Both the position numbers and the translations under genes were made by a program. Under the pieces are notes generated by a model. That model worked only from the letters and a program-made list of their open reading frames with translations, did not search any database and was not told the DNA's origin. DNA of 61,747 nucleotides, filler included. It is 7 parts of 7 records of this genome, joined end to end, with 100 filler letters (N's around TTAATTAATTAA, not from the genome) between each part and the next. Parts side by side here need not be neighbours in the genome. Positions count along the whole stretch, not along the records: positions 47,082 to 61,747 come from SRR31147125_8206; 6 more parts are not named here. The stretch is one strand, 5' to 3'. Position 1 is the first letter of the stretch, and every line of letters starts with the position of its first letter. Below are positions 51,974 through 61,747 of this stretch, in pieces.

Positions 51974-52981
51974 TTACTCTACATTGTCGGCTGTAGTGAC
52001 TTTTACACCAGTATCGATGAAAGAATCTACTTCATCACCATTCAACACTTTAACTGCATAAGCACATCCAGAATATCCCATGTTGTACGAATCTTGAATG
52101 ATTAGCGCTTTAATTACACCTTCTTTAAGAAATTTTATTTCATCTTCATCATTGTCAAAGGCAACAACAAAAACACTGTCCTGTAGACCTGCTTGCTTAA
52201 TAGCCATACCTACACCATCACCCATATGATTGTTATCAGCATATATTCCAATTAGATCATCGCCTTCACGTGTGATAATTTGCTCGGTTTCTGTCATAGC
52301 AGTCGCAATTTCATTATCACAATATACAGGATCTAAGATAGTAATGTCAGGTGCAAGTTTTGCCAGGCTATCGACGAAACCCCCATCCCTTTCTAATACT
52401 GTTTGCACACCAGCCACAGCAGATACTAGTGCTACTGTACCTTTTAGTTCCTTACCAGTTTCTGTTAACTGCGAAACCATTTCTTCAGCCGCCAACGCAC
52501 CACCCAGTTCATTATCGGTTGCTAAGTGGGTTGAAATTTTATCAGACGGAATTGTTGTATCAATACTGATTACCACAATACCTTTCGCCGTTGCTTCTTC
52601 AATAACAGCAACTGCACCTTCGCCTGCGTTAGAGGCAATAACGATTGCATCTGGCTCGCTCGTAATAACATCTTCCAATATTGTAATTGATTCATCAATA
52701 TTAGACTCTGATGCAGGTCCATATATTGTCACGTTCACATCGTTATTTTCAGCGCCAAAGGCTTCGCCACCACTAATAACACTTTGCCAAAATGTTGAGT
52801 CAGTTGCTTTTACAATCAAAGCCACCTCAACTGTTTCAACTTCACCCTGCGACACATCTGTATCATCAGTTGTTGCCACTTCAGCTTCTGTTTCACTGCC
52901 AGCATCACTTTCACTTGCACAGCCTATAAATAGGACCAACATTAGCAAAACTGAAAGTACTAAAACAAATACTCTTTTCAT
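51974..52981 (-). CDS. Sugar ABC transporter substrate-binding lipoprotein (RbsB family)
   Basis: Lipobox FIGC, FWQSV, ATDN..GG, QDSYNMGY, IDTG. Confidence 0.92.
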   Translation of the reverse strand: MKRVFVLVLSVLLMLVLFIGCASESDAGSETEAEVATTDDTDVSQGEVETVEVALIVKATDSTFWQSVISGGEAFGAENNDVNVTIYGPASESNIDESITILEDVITSEPDAIVIASNAGEGAVAVIEEATAKGIVVISIDTTIPSDKISTHLATDNELGGALAAEEMVSQLTETGKELKGTVALVSAVAGVQTVLERDGGFVDSLAKLAPDITILDPVYCDNEIATAMTETEQIITREGDDLIGIYADNNHMGDGVGMAIKQAGLQDSVFVVAFDNDEDEIKFLKEGVIKALIIQDSYNMGYSGCAYAVKVLNGDEVDSFIDTGVKVTTADNVE

Positions 52982-53026
52982 CCTTTTTTCCTCCTACTAT
53001 TATTTTTCTAAAAGAGCTATGCTCTT

Positions 53027-54061
53027 TTAAACTAAATTCGCAACTGATTCTGTCATATGGATACTTGTTTTTAATTCAACATTTATTGGTTTGTAGTCTT
53101 CCATACCTATTTTCATTCTATCTAATAATAAATCTGCCGTTTTTTCTCCCAATTCATCAAGCGGTTGACATATACTTGTAAACTCTGGACGAATACTACG
53201 TGTAAACCCAAAATAAGGTACTGATGAAATTCTATCAAAAGTAATAACCGATACATCCTTCGGAATATCCAAATTATATTCAATCATTGCCTCAAGTGCC
53301 CCTATTGCAATATAAACATTTGAACAAAAGATCAATGTTGGTGGCGTAGGTAAGTTAAGCAAACGCATAAACTGACGAGTTGCATCGTGCTCAATTAAAT
53401 CAGCTTTAGCGATATATTCCTCATTAAATGCAATGTTATTATTTTTTAAAGCATCGACAAAACCTTTGAATCTTAAATTCTCCGAATATAAATCCGTTAC
53501 ACGAATGTATCCAATTTTAGTATGTCCTTTTCTGATAGCAAGTGTTATTGCATCAAATGTCGCTTGATAGTTGTCTACCAAAACGCTATCACACGAAAAC
53601 CCTTCAATCATTCTATCCAGCAAAACAGCAGGAATCTTATTATCTAAACATTCCTGTATGTGTTCTGGATTTTCACTGCTAGTTACAACAACCATACCAT
53701 CAACACGTTTGTTTGCTAATGCTTTTACTTGATCAATTTCAAGCTGAACATCCGTATTGTAGCTATTCAAAATCGTTTGATAGCCATTTTTACGCATCTT
53801 CTCCTGAAAACTTTTAATAACTTCTGGGAAAAACGGACTGGTAATATCCGGCAATACAAAGCCAACTGTCTTGGTGGTTTTTAATTTCAGACCACTAGCA
53901 ATCGGATTGAGTTTATATGATAATTCATTAATCGCCTGTTCTACCTTTTCTCTATTTTCATCCGTAATGTTTTTACCATTAAGGTATCTTGAAATGGTTG
54001 AGCGAGATACCCCTGAGAGCCTTTCAACATCCAAAATTGTCGACATATTCATTCCTTTCAT
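53027..54061 (-). CDS. LacI-family transcriptional regulator
   Basis: TILDVERLSGVSRSTISRYLN HTH followed by a periplasmic-binding-type sensor domain. Confidence 0.94.
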   Translation of the reverse strand: MKGMNMSTILDVERLSGVSRSTISRYLNGKNITDENREKVEQAINELSYKLNPIASGLKLKTTKTVGFVLPDITSPFFPEVIKSFQEKMRKNGYQTILNSYNTDVQLEIDQVKALANKRVDGMVVVTSSENPEHIQECLDNKIPAVLLDRMIEGFSCDSVLVDNYQATFDAITLAIRKGHTKIGYIRVTDLYSENLRFKGFVDALKNNNIAFNEEYIAKADLIEHDATRQFMRLLNLPTPPTLIFCSNVYIAIGALEAMIEYNLDIPKDVSVITFDRISSVPYFGFTRSIRPEFTSICQPLDELGEKTADLLLDRMKIGMEDYKPINVELKTSIHMTESVANLV

Positions 54062-54082
54062 AAAACATAAATCCTAATCTCA

Positions 54083-54958
54083 TTAATCTGCCATTGTGGC
54101 TTGCGGCACTGCACCAGTTTTGGATGCGACAGAAGCCCCTAATATATTACCTTTTTTGATTGAACTCTTTATATCTCCTGTTTTAATAAAGTTCATAATA
54201 AATCCAGCTGAAAAAGCATCCCCAGCACCTACCGTATCTTTAACTTGTACTTTTATAGCAGGCTCATCAAATCTATCTGTACGAGTAAATGCGCTGACTC
54301 CATCACCACCTCTTGTGACGATGATAATCTGCACAGAATATTTTGAAAAAATCCAGGATATACACTGCTCTTCTGATTCCAAATCAAGGTTAAATATTTC
54401 AATGAGCTTTTTAACCTCATCATCATTTAATTTCAATATATCTGTATGCTTAAGCGAAAAATCAACTATTGTTTCAGAATAGTGCCCCTCTCTTAAGTTG
54501 ATATCGTAAAATCGAAACTTAAAGTCTATTTGTTCTAATAATGTTCTTAATGTATCAGCTGTTGTGGAAGTTCTTTGAACCACCGTACCAAAATACAATA
54601 AATCGTAAGAGTTTTTCTTTAAATTGTTTAACTGCTCATTTGTTAGTGAAATATAGTCATATGCAACATCTCTTTTTATTTCAAATGAGGGAAGTCCATG
54701 TTTATCTACTATTACATCAACACACCCAGTTTCATGTTTAGGGTCAATTTTAACATATGCTTCATCAACATGATTGTCTAACAATATCTGTAATGCCGTG
54801 TCCCCCAGCTGATCCTGTCCAATTGCTGAAACCAGTGTTGGCTTTTCCCCCTGCAACGACATATGTAATGATACATTTACTGCCGGTCCGCCAATATAAT
54901 CTTTATTATCAATCCTATCAAAAATAACCATCCCAAAAACCAAAATATTAAACATCAT
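54083..54958 (-). CDS. PfkB-family carbohydrate kinase
   Basis: GGPAVN, DINLR, KLNDDE, DTVGAGDAF; ATG at 54958 follows a GAAGGAGG RBS. Confidence 0.93.
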   Translation of the reverse strand: MMFNILVFGMVIFDRIDNKDYIGGPAVNVSLHMSLQGEKPTLVSAIGQDQLGDTALQILLDNHVDEAYVKIDPKHETGCVDVIVDKHGLPSFEIKRDVAYDYISLTNEQLNNLKKNSYDLLYFGTVVQRTSTTADTLRTLLEQIDFKFRFYDINLREGHYSETIVDFSLKHTDILKLNDDEVKKLIEIFNLDLESEEQCISWIFSKYSVQIIIVTRGGDGVSAFTRTDRFDEPAIKVQVKDTVGAGDAFSAGFIMNFIKTGDIKSSIKKGNILGASVASKTGAVPQATMAD

Positions 54959-54979
54959 TCCTCCTTCAAGTGACTCACT

Positions 54980-54997
54980 AGTGAGAACGTTCTCACT
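54980..54997. promoter_or_regulatory. Putative LacI-family operator
   Basis: Perfect 18-bp palindrome AGTGAGAACGTTCTCACT with central CG, between promoter and RBS. Confidence 0.8.
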
Positions 54998-55009
54998 TAA
55001 CATATCCCA

Positions 55010-55038
55010 ATTATATACCCTCTATCCAATATTGTAAA
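55010..55038 (-). promoter_or_regulatory. SigA-type promoter of the pfkB-lacI-ABC operon
   Basis: TTTACA-17 nt-TATAAT on the minus strand. Confidence 0.75.
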
Positions 55039-55249
55039 TACTTTTTTAAAAATATTTGATTATTTGTATGAACGTTCTTACTATATGCAGGATTGCATAT
55101 TTTCGTTTTTCATAGCATAGCAATATCAGCAATTGCATATCATTCGACATATTTTACAATCAAAATACCCATCCCCCCTTATTACCATTAGCAGTATTTT
55201 CACTATAATATTTTTTCTCAAGGTTCGCCATTTTGACACAAGGTATTTG

Positions 55250-55412
55250 TCAGTACTTATCAAGTGAATGTAAATTATGTGGAGTTTTAATACTTTTTTG
55301 AAGTTTTTTGTCTCTAGTTTGTCTCTTCGCTCTGAAACAAAGAAATCTACTATATATCCATCGGAATCAACAGCTCTATATAAATAAGCATCATTACCCT
55401 TTATTCTAATAC
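55250..55412 (-). mobile_element. IS6-family transposase remnant
   Basis: Minus-strand translation IRIRGNDAYLYRAVDSDGYIVDFFVSERRD matches the IS6 YLYRAVD..G..IDF..S..RD motif; no full ORF. Confidence 0.75.
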
Positions 55413-55617
55413 AAAGTTCCGCACAAAACTTGAGGTCATTTGAACAGATTTTCGGCCAAAATAATAGCTCCAGACGATATTTTTGAAATTACATTACTTT
55501 AATCAAGTCAGTACCTACTTCTTTAAAAAACAATATATACCTAACAGAAAAATTTGGGTTTAATAAAGCTTTTACACTGCCATATTATAATCTTTCAAAA
55601 CAATAACAGAGAAAAAT

Positions 55618-55665
55618 AATAGTCTCTCATGACTTAATTGAGTAATTATATCACGTGAGACTATT
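55618..55665 (-). terminator. Possible terminator downstream of the E1 gene
   Basis: AATAGTCTC...GAGACTATT inverted repeat with T-rich tail on the minus strand. Confidence 0.45.
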
Positions 55666-55725
55666 TATATGTTTTTATTAATTATTTGTATCGGAGTCAA
55701 ATCCTCGAGCAATATCACTCAGCGT

Positions 55726-56829
55726 TTATACTCCTAATTTTGCTTTTCTGATCATGCTAGCATTATTAAATGTTCTACTCGGTTCATATCCTTCTAAAGG
55801 ACGGATTTTCTGATGATATGCATCAATTATCCAATCAGCATGTGGGAAAAAATCAGATTCCAGTTCATATACTGGCGTAATCCAATTTTGCGCACCCAAG
55901 ACAATTGGCGGTGCATCTAAGTAATCAAATGCTAGACTCGTTATATTTTGCGCAAAATCATTGATAATAGAGCTTCTTTGACAAGCATCACTCGCTACAA
56001 TAAATTTGCCTGTTTTTTTTACAGACTCTATCACTGGGTCATAGTTAAACGGAACGACTGATCTCGCATCAATAACCTCAACACTTATTCCAAACTTTTC
56101 TTCAAAAATTTTCGCACTATCAAGCGCAGTATACAAAGTTTTACCGATTGTCAAAATTGTTAAGTCGCTTCCTTTCCTTTTGATGTCTGGCTCCCCAATC
56201 GGTATTTCGTAATACTCTCTTGGAACCTCTTTTTGGAACAATTCTCCGTAACCATATAAACTTTGATGCTCAAAATATATAACTGGATCAGTTCCCGCAA
56301 GTGCCGAATTAAGCAAGCCTTTAGCATCATAAGGTGTCACTGGGAATACTACTTTTAAACCTGGAACATGAGCACATAAACTTGACCAATCTTGTGAATG
56401 TTGTGCACCGTATTTTGATCCAACGCCCATTCTAACCACAACCGGCATATCCAGTTGTCCCGCTGTCATCGCCTGCCATTTTGCAAGTTGGTTGAAAACC
56501 TCATCACCTGCTCTACCAAGAAAATCGCAATACATAAGTTCTGGCGCACTCCTACCCCCCATCATCGCGTAACCGACTGATGCGGCGATAATTGCAGATT
56601 CAGAAATTGGAGTATTAAATAATCTACAATATGGTACTGATAAGTCGAGTTCCTTATACGCGCCGTAAGCGCTTCCCCAAATTCTTAAGTCTTCACCAAA
56701 CGAGATAAAAGATGGATCTTCATAGAACTTATCGTGAATCGCTTCAAATATAGCATCCCTAATTTGAATAACACCAGCACTAGGTAACTCTTTTCCGTTT
56801 TTCATCCCACTTCTGCTTCTCTTCTCCAA
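55726..56829 (-). CDS. 2-oxoacid dehydrogenase E1 beta module (probably fused to the alpha module upstream)
   Basis: FGED, NTPISE, ELMYCDF, GAQHSQ, DAKGLL, EVIDARS. Confidence 0.88.
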   Translation of the reverse strand: MEKRSRSGMKNGKELPSAGVIQIRDAIFEAIHDKFYEDPSFISFGEDLRIWGSAYGAYKELDLSVPYCRLFNTPISESAIIAASVGYAMMGGRSAPELMYCDFLGRAGDEVFNQLAKWQAMTAGQLDMPVVVRMGVGSKYGAQHSQDWSSLCAHVPGLKVVFPVTPYDAKGLLNSALAGTDPVIYFEHQSLYGYGELFQKEVPREYYEIPIGEPDIKRKGSDLTILTIGKTLYTALDSAKIFEEKFGISVEVIDARSVVPFNYDPVIESVKKTGKFIVASDACQRSSIINDFAQNITSLAFDYLDAPPIVLGAQNWITPVYELESDFFPHADWIIDAYHQKIRPLEGYEPSRTFNNASMIRKAKLGV

Positions 56830-58183
56830 TCTTTTTCACTCGCGGATTCACATCTTTTTCAGCAAGAACATGTGGTTTTTCTTCAGACATTTTTAAAACA
56901 TGCTTATTGGAGAACATATATTTTTCAATCGAGTCTTTTTCTTTTATCAAATCCATATATGGCGAAATACTTTCATCTATAGAGAGTTTAAATACTTCAT
57001 TCATTAATGTCTTTATATCGTCTTCTATTGTATCAACTTCAATTTGCTTACACACACCTGATAAAATCAATTGGTCTTGATAGTTTTTCAAGCCATCGTT
57101 TTGCGTCCACTCATCAATTTCCTGCTGAGATCTGTTTGGATTAGTATCCGAAGTTGAATGTCCGCAGAATCGATAAGTGATTACATCTAAAAGCGCAGGG
57201 CCTTTTCCCTTCAATAAAAGATCTTTCTTTCTCCTCACAGCATCTATCACAGCAAAAACATTGAATCCATCAACAGTTTCTGCATTCATCGCATCTGGGT
57301 TTATTCCTGCTCCAACCCTTGCAAGATCTTGATATCCCATTGTTTCTCCATGAGTTTGACCGCCCATGCCGTAGCCGTTATTATTAAAATTGAACAGTAT
57401 TGGCAATCCGCCTTTTTCTTCCCAAAGTGTATTAAACTGATCCATACTAGCAAAGTTCATAGCTTCCCAAACAGGTCCACAACCTAGCGACCCATCACCA
57501 GCATTTGCAACCACAATTCCGCTTTTTTTCATTACCTTTTTATAAAGCGCAGCTCCTGTTGCTACTGGAGCAGATCCTCCAACAATTGCATTATTAGGGA
57601 ATATTGAAAAAGGTATAAAAAAGACATGCATTGAATTTCCAAGTCCCATCGAAAATCCTGTTTCTCTTCCAAATATCTCCGCCATCAATCCGTATATAAA
57701 GAATCTTCTTGCTAAATCTTTAACATTACCTTCAAATCCTTTTTTTACAATGTCAAGCTGCTTACCATCATGAAAACTCTCCATAATCGTCATTAGTTGA
57801 TCATCCTCTAATTTTCTGATTGCAGAAAACCCTTTTGCAATTACCTCACCATGACTTCTATGCGTTCCAAAAATTGCATCTTCAACATCTAAAGCAAACG
57901 CCTGTCCAACTGCAGCACTTTCTTGCCCTATACATAGATGTGCAGGACCTGTATAATTGTACTCTAACCCATCATATTTCCCTGTAAGCCTTAAATCTTG
58001 AAGCATCGTTTCAAACTCACGAATCACTTTCATGTCAAAAAGCATACCGGACAATTCGTTCTTTTTGTACTCATCCTTAACATCTATTAAGGTTTTTTGA
58101 TACTGGTTTTTTTTAATATTAGGTGTAGTAATTTCACCTTTTTGTCTTGATACCTTTGGATCTATATAAATTGATTTTGTCAT
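56780..58183 (-). CDS. 2-oxoacid dehydrogenase E1 alpha module (TPP-dependent)
   Basis: HLCIGQE, THRSHG, GDG...NNN TPP motif, TYRFCGHS. Confidence 0.9.
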   Translation of the reverse strand: MTKSIYIDPKVSRQKGEITTPNIKKNQYQKTLIDVKDEYKKNELSGMLFDMKVIREFETMLQDLRLTGKYDGLEYNYTGPAHLCIGQESAAVGQAFALDVEDAIFGTHRSHGEVIAKGFSAIRKLEDDQLMTIMESFHDGKQLDIVKKGFEGNVKDLARRFFIYGLMAEIFGRETGFSMGLGNSMHVFFIPFSIFPNNAIVGGSAPVATGAALYKKVMKKSGIVVANAGDGSLGCGPVWEAMNFASMDQFNTLWEEKGGLPILFNFNNNGYGMGGQTHGETMGYQDLARVGAGINPDAMNAETVDGFNVFAVIDAVRRKKDLLLKGKGPALLDVITYRFCGHSTSDTNPNRSQQEIDEWTQNDGLKNYQDQLILSGVCKQIEVDTIEDDIKTLMNEVFKLSIDESISPYMDLIKEKDSIEKYMFSNKHVLKMSEEKPHVLAEKDVNPRVKKIGEEKQKWDEKRKRVT

Positions 58184-58194
58184 AATAATCCTCT

Positions 58195-59520
58195 TTATCT
58201 TAATACTTCTTTTATTACTTCACTTACTGTTGGATGTGGAAAGATGACTTTGCTAACAGCTTGTATAGGAATTTTATTCTGAATAGCCAGTACTAGAACA
58301 CTGATTATTTCTGAAGAATATGTTCCAATCATTCCGCCTCCAAGAATAATGTCTTTATCTTTGTCCACGATTAGCTTGCATATACCGTCAGACAATCCAT
58401 TTTCCGCAACATGTCTGCCACTTGCATTAACAGAAATCTTCTTAACGGTATAACTATAACCTTTATCTTTGGCTTGTTTTTCAGTAAGACCTGCCCATGC
58501 AACTTCTGGCTTCGTATACACAACACTTGGCACAGCACTATAATCTTTTTTATCCTCAAGTCCAATAATATGATTAACTGCAATTTCCGCATGTCTATAT
58601 GCTACATGAGCAAGCATGAACTCGCCTGTAACATCTCCAATAGCATACACACCGCAAACATTAGTTTCACAATGGTCATCTATGCATATATTTCCTCTTT
58701 CAATTTGCACACCAATGTTTTCTAAGCCATCAATCGAACTCGCTTTTCTACCAACGCTAACAAGTACTTTGTCACAAATTACTTCTTGTTCCTTTTTACC
58801 TTTTTCAAAAACAACATCTTTTGATCCAACTTTCTTCACGCAGCTATTTATATGAAACTCAATTCCCTGTTTTTCAAGGTTGTTTTTAAGCAATTCGGAA
58901 ATTTCTTCATCCATATTTCCTCCTACTTTATCCATCATCTCAACAACACAGACTTGCGAACCTGCAGCATTATAGTAAGCTGCCATTTCAAGCCCTACTA
59001 CACCACCTCCAATTACACACAGCTTTTTCGGAACTTCTCTTAAATCTAGTAATTCTTTACTTGTAACAGCATACCCTTTTTCCAAAGCTTCACCCAAACC
59101 ATCAATATTTGGTATTAACGGCTGAGATCCTGTAGCAATAATCAATTTATCGCAGATAATTGTCTCACCAGAAACTTCAATAACATATCCATTTTGCTCT
59201 TTACCTATGATGCTTGCATTACCAAAAATTACTTTTACTTTGTTCTTTCTTAAAGCAGATGCAACACCGTTAACTAACGTTTCTACCGTTTTATCTTTAC
59301 TATCAATTACAGCATTTTGGTCAAAACCCTGCTTCGAATTCGAATAAGCCTTTGCACTATAAAGAAGCGATTTTGTAGGAATGCATCCTTCATTTAGGCA
59401 AACACCACCTAAGTTTTTCTTCTCTATAATCAAACATTTAAGACCATTTTTGCCAGCTAGTTCAGCTGCAAGATACCCACCTGGACCAGCTCCAATTACT
59501 ATTAAATCGTATTTATTCAT
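58195..59520 (-). CDS. lpdA: Dihydrolipoyl dehydrogenase (E3)
   Basis: GAGPGG, GGVCLNEGCIPTK, GGGVVGLE, LAHVA, HPTVSE. Confidence 0.95.
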   Translation of the reverse strand: MNKYDLIVIGAGPGGYLAAELAGKNGLKCLIIEKKNLGGVCLNEGCIPTKSLLYSAKAYSNSKQGFDQNAVIDSKDKTVETLVNGVASALRKNKVKVIFGNASIIGKEQNGYVIEVSGETIICDKLIIATGSQPLIPNIDGLGEALEKGYAVTSKELLDLREVPKKLCVIGGGVVGLEMAAYYNAAGSQVCVVEMMDKVGGNMDEEISELLKNNLEKQGIEFHINSCVKKVGSKDVVFEKGKKEQEVICDKVLVSVGRKASSIDGLENIGVQIERGNICIDDHCETNVCGVYAIGDVTGEFMLAHVAYRHAEIAVNHIIGLEDKKDYSAVPSVVYTKPEVAWAGLTEKQAKDKGYSYTVKKISVNASGRHVAENGLSDGICKLIVDKDKDIILGGGMIGTYSSEIISVLVLAIQNKIPIQAVSKVIFPHPTVSEVIKEVLR

Positions 59521-59529
59521 ATTAGACCC

Positions 59530-60747
59530 TTATATTATTTCTTTTATATTTTCTAATTTATTGCATAGTTTTTTTAAAAATCTCGCACTTGGTGCACCAT
59601 CAATAGCACGATGATCGTACGTCAAAGAAAGATAGCAAGCCGGATAAAACTCCATGCCTCTTTTCGTTTTTCTTGCCATATAATCCATGTTTCCTACACC
59701 CAAAATACCAACCTGAGGCGGGTTAATTATTGGAGTGAAATATCTTACTCCTTCTCCCCCCAAGTTTGAAACAGTAAAAGTACCAGCAGTTAGTTTATCT
59801 GGCGATATGCTTCCTTCCCTACATCCCAACGCAAGACTCTTTACTTGATTCGATAATTCTTCAATGCATAAATGATTAGCTCCCATTACAGTTGGTACCA
59901 TCAACCCTCTTTCAGTATCAACTGCTACTCCTAAATTAACATCACTAAACAAAACCATTTCGTCTTCATTTAGTAAGTGAGCATTCATCTCTGGGAATTC
60001 TATTAGAGTTTTTACAACTCCAAATAATATGATATCGCCAATAGTAATATTTTTATTATCTTGTTTATATGATTCTCGAAGATCTAAAACTTGAGATGCA
60101 TCAAAAAGTGTATGACTTGTCAATTGAGCCATTCCACTTAATGAATTCATCATATTTTCAGCAATGATTTTTCTAATTCTTGTTAGCTTCACACGCTTTG
60201 TTTCAGCGACTGTCTTGAATTTAGCACTGCCATTCATGATATTTAGTATATCCTGTTCAACGATACGATTTTCTGCTCCACTCGGCGATATATTATGATA
60301 TTCAACCCCATTCATTTTCGCCAACCTTTTTGCTCTTGGCGAAATTCTCAAAATACCGTCTTGAATATCATCTTTGGAAGCAGCTTGCACACTATTGCTA
60401 TTTTCTTCAGTATTGCCTCCTTTAGAAATTTCACCTTGCCCTGCATCTATTTGAGAATCTGCTTTATGCAACTCTGTAAATTCAGAAATAAGGTTCTCAA
60501 TATTTTCTTCTTTTTCTCCAATAATACATACAGGTGTCAAAACTTTTACCGTATCAAAATTCTCGTAAAAAAGTTTTAGTACTGCGCCCTTTTGCTCAGC
60601 AGTAACTGTAAAAGTTGATTTATCTGTTTCAACAGTAAATAGTTCGTCATTTACTGCAACTTCATCACCCTCATTAATAAGGATTTCGCCAATTAAGTTC
60701 TCTTCTTCATTCAAACCAATCCTCGGCATATTAATAAAATTCGCCAA
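59530..60747 (-). CDS. Dihydrolipoamide acyltransferase (E2)
   Basis: Lipoyl motif ETDKS, E3-binding ISPRAKRLA, PIINPPQ, DHRAIDG. Confidence 0.93.
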   Translation of the reverse strand: MANFINMPRIGLNEEENLIGEILINEGDEVAVNDELFTVETDKSTFTVTAEQKGAVLKLFYENFDTVKVLTPVCIIGEKEENIENLISEFTELHKADSQIDAGQGEISKGGNTEENSNSVQAASKDDIQDGILRISPRAKRLAKMNGVEYHNISPSGAENRIVEQDILNIMNGSAKFKTVAETKRVKLTRIRKIIAENMMNSLSGMAQLTSHTLFDASQVLDLRESYKQDNKNITIGDIILFGVVKTLIEFPEMNAHLLNEDEMVLFSDVNLGVAVDTERGLMVPTVMGANHLCIEELSNQVKSLALGCREGSISPDKLTAGTFTVSNLGGEGVRYFTPIINPPQVGILGVGNMDYMARKTKRGMEFYPACYLSLTYDHRAIDGAPSARFLKKLCNKLENIKEII

Positions 60748-60764
60748 AACTATTTACTCCTTCT

Positions 60765-61736
60765 CTATTTCGAGCTTCTCTTCTTTAATGTGTCTAAATA
60801 TACTGCAAATAGTATTACAAGACCTTTCACCACCATTTGTAAGAAAGAAGATACATTTAGTAAATTAAGTCCATTACTAATCACACCAATTACCAGTGCA
60901 CCTATAAGAGTACCGCCAAGCGTTCCTGCCCCGCCTGACATACTTGTTCCTCCAAGGACAGTTGCCGCAATCGCATCCAGTTCTGCTCCGTTTCCTATAG
61001 CAGGCTGACCTGTGTACATACGAGCAGAAAGAACAACACCTGTAAATCCAGCTAATAGTCCACTTAATCCAAAAACCAACATTTGAACATTTGCTATATT
61101 GATACCGCTAAACTTAGCAGCTTCCCTATTTCCGCCAATCGCATATATATAACGTCCAACTTTTGTTCGATTCAGCACGTACCACAATATCCCCATAATA
61201 ATGAACATATAAATGATTGGAAACGCAATTGGTCCAGCAAAACCAGCACCAATTTGATTAAAAGCATCTTCCGAGACTCTTGTTGGCTTTCCATCTCCTA
61301 CAATATACGCAAGACCACGAGCTATCGTCATCATCGCTAGTGTCACAATAAATTCCGGTATACCCGTTTTTGCAATAATTACACCATTAAACAATCCGCA
61401 AGCAAGACCAGCCAAAATTGCTAATAATACAGCAATAGGAACCGGAACACCTAAGTTAGTTATAAGCACTGCCGCAATCATTCCGCTTAAAGCTTGTACC
61501 GACCCAATAGAAAGATCGATCCCGCCAGTCAGTATTACAAACGTCATTCCAAACGCAACTATTGTGTTAGTGGAAATTTGCATCAATATATTCAGCAAAT
61601 TATTTTGCTTCAAAAAATATGGCGATGCAAAACTCATAACTCCACATATTAATATTAATCCTATCAGCACTCCTAAATTATCTTTAAAGTATCTTAAAAT
61701 TGCTTTTTGTCCAAAAAAATTGTTTTTCTCTTCCAT
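60765..61736 (-). CDS. Sugar ABC transporter permease (RbsC family)
   Basis: GGIDLSIGS, FIVTLA, GGNREAAKFSG, ELDAIAATVLGG. Confidence 0.93.
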   Translation of the reverse strand: MEEKNNFFGQKAILRYFKDNLGVLIGLILICGVMSFASPYFLKQNNLLNILMQISTNTIVAFGMTFVILTGGIDLSIGSVQALSGMIAAVLITNLGVPVPIAVLLAILAGLACGLFNGVIIAKTGIPEFIVTLAMMTIARGLAYIVGDGKPTRVSEDAFNQIGAGFAGPIAFPIIYMFIIMGILWYVLNRTKVGRYIYAIGGNREAAKFSGINIANVQMLVFGLSGLLAGFTGVVLSARMYTGQPAIGNGAELDAIAATVLGGTSMSGGAGTLGGTLIGALVIGVISNGLNLLNVSSFLQMVVKGLVILFAVYLDTLKKRSSK

Positions 61737-61747
61737 AATCTCTTCCC

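Noticed and set aside
52230-53030. 266-aa plus-strand ORF and similar shadow ORFs (9262-9771, 44850-45362, 54096-54482)
   Set aside because: Antisense to well-supported genes, with no recognisable motifs.

Overview
This is not one continuous locus. It is seven unrelated contigs joined by six artificial 100-bp linkers (N44-TTAATTAATTAA-N44), and several genes carry homopolymer frameshifts that look like sequencing errors. Contig 1 (1-15199, FCB-like, possibly KSB1/Calditrichota) is a housekeeping region: M29-like aminopeptidase, zinc-ribbon protein, RNase P RNA, recJ, ilvE, nusB, secA, smg and a topA homolog. It holds the two strongest oddities: (i) an intact 2102-aa SecA, about twice normal size, whose preprotein cross-linking domain (PPXD) and helical wing domain (HWD) are each expanded by tandem internal repeats, and (ii) a TopA homolog lacking the catalytic Tyr and the TOPRIM DxD motif. 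Contig 2 (15300-21203, Bacteroidales-like) has a GH78 enzyme, a histidine kinase and an Rx4H (HEPN-like) ORF with cassette/attC-like flanks. Contig 3 (21304-27208) has Bacteroidota envelope genes. Contig 4 (27309-33612) has a REP-flanked Y1 transposase, a large uncharacterised lipoprotein and a GH28-like enzyme. Contig 5 (33713-41268) is a surface-polysaccharide (FnlABC-type) cluster. Contig 6 (41369-46981) has an FHA/Ser-Thr kinase-like protein, gmd and an amidase. Contig 7 (47082-61747, Clostridia-like) is a LacI-controlled sugar/polyol operon with an MtlD-like::C-GCAxxG-C-C fusion, next to a 2-oxoacid dehydrogenase cluster. Taxonomic labels are impressions from protein style only. No database searches were run.
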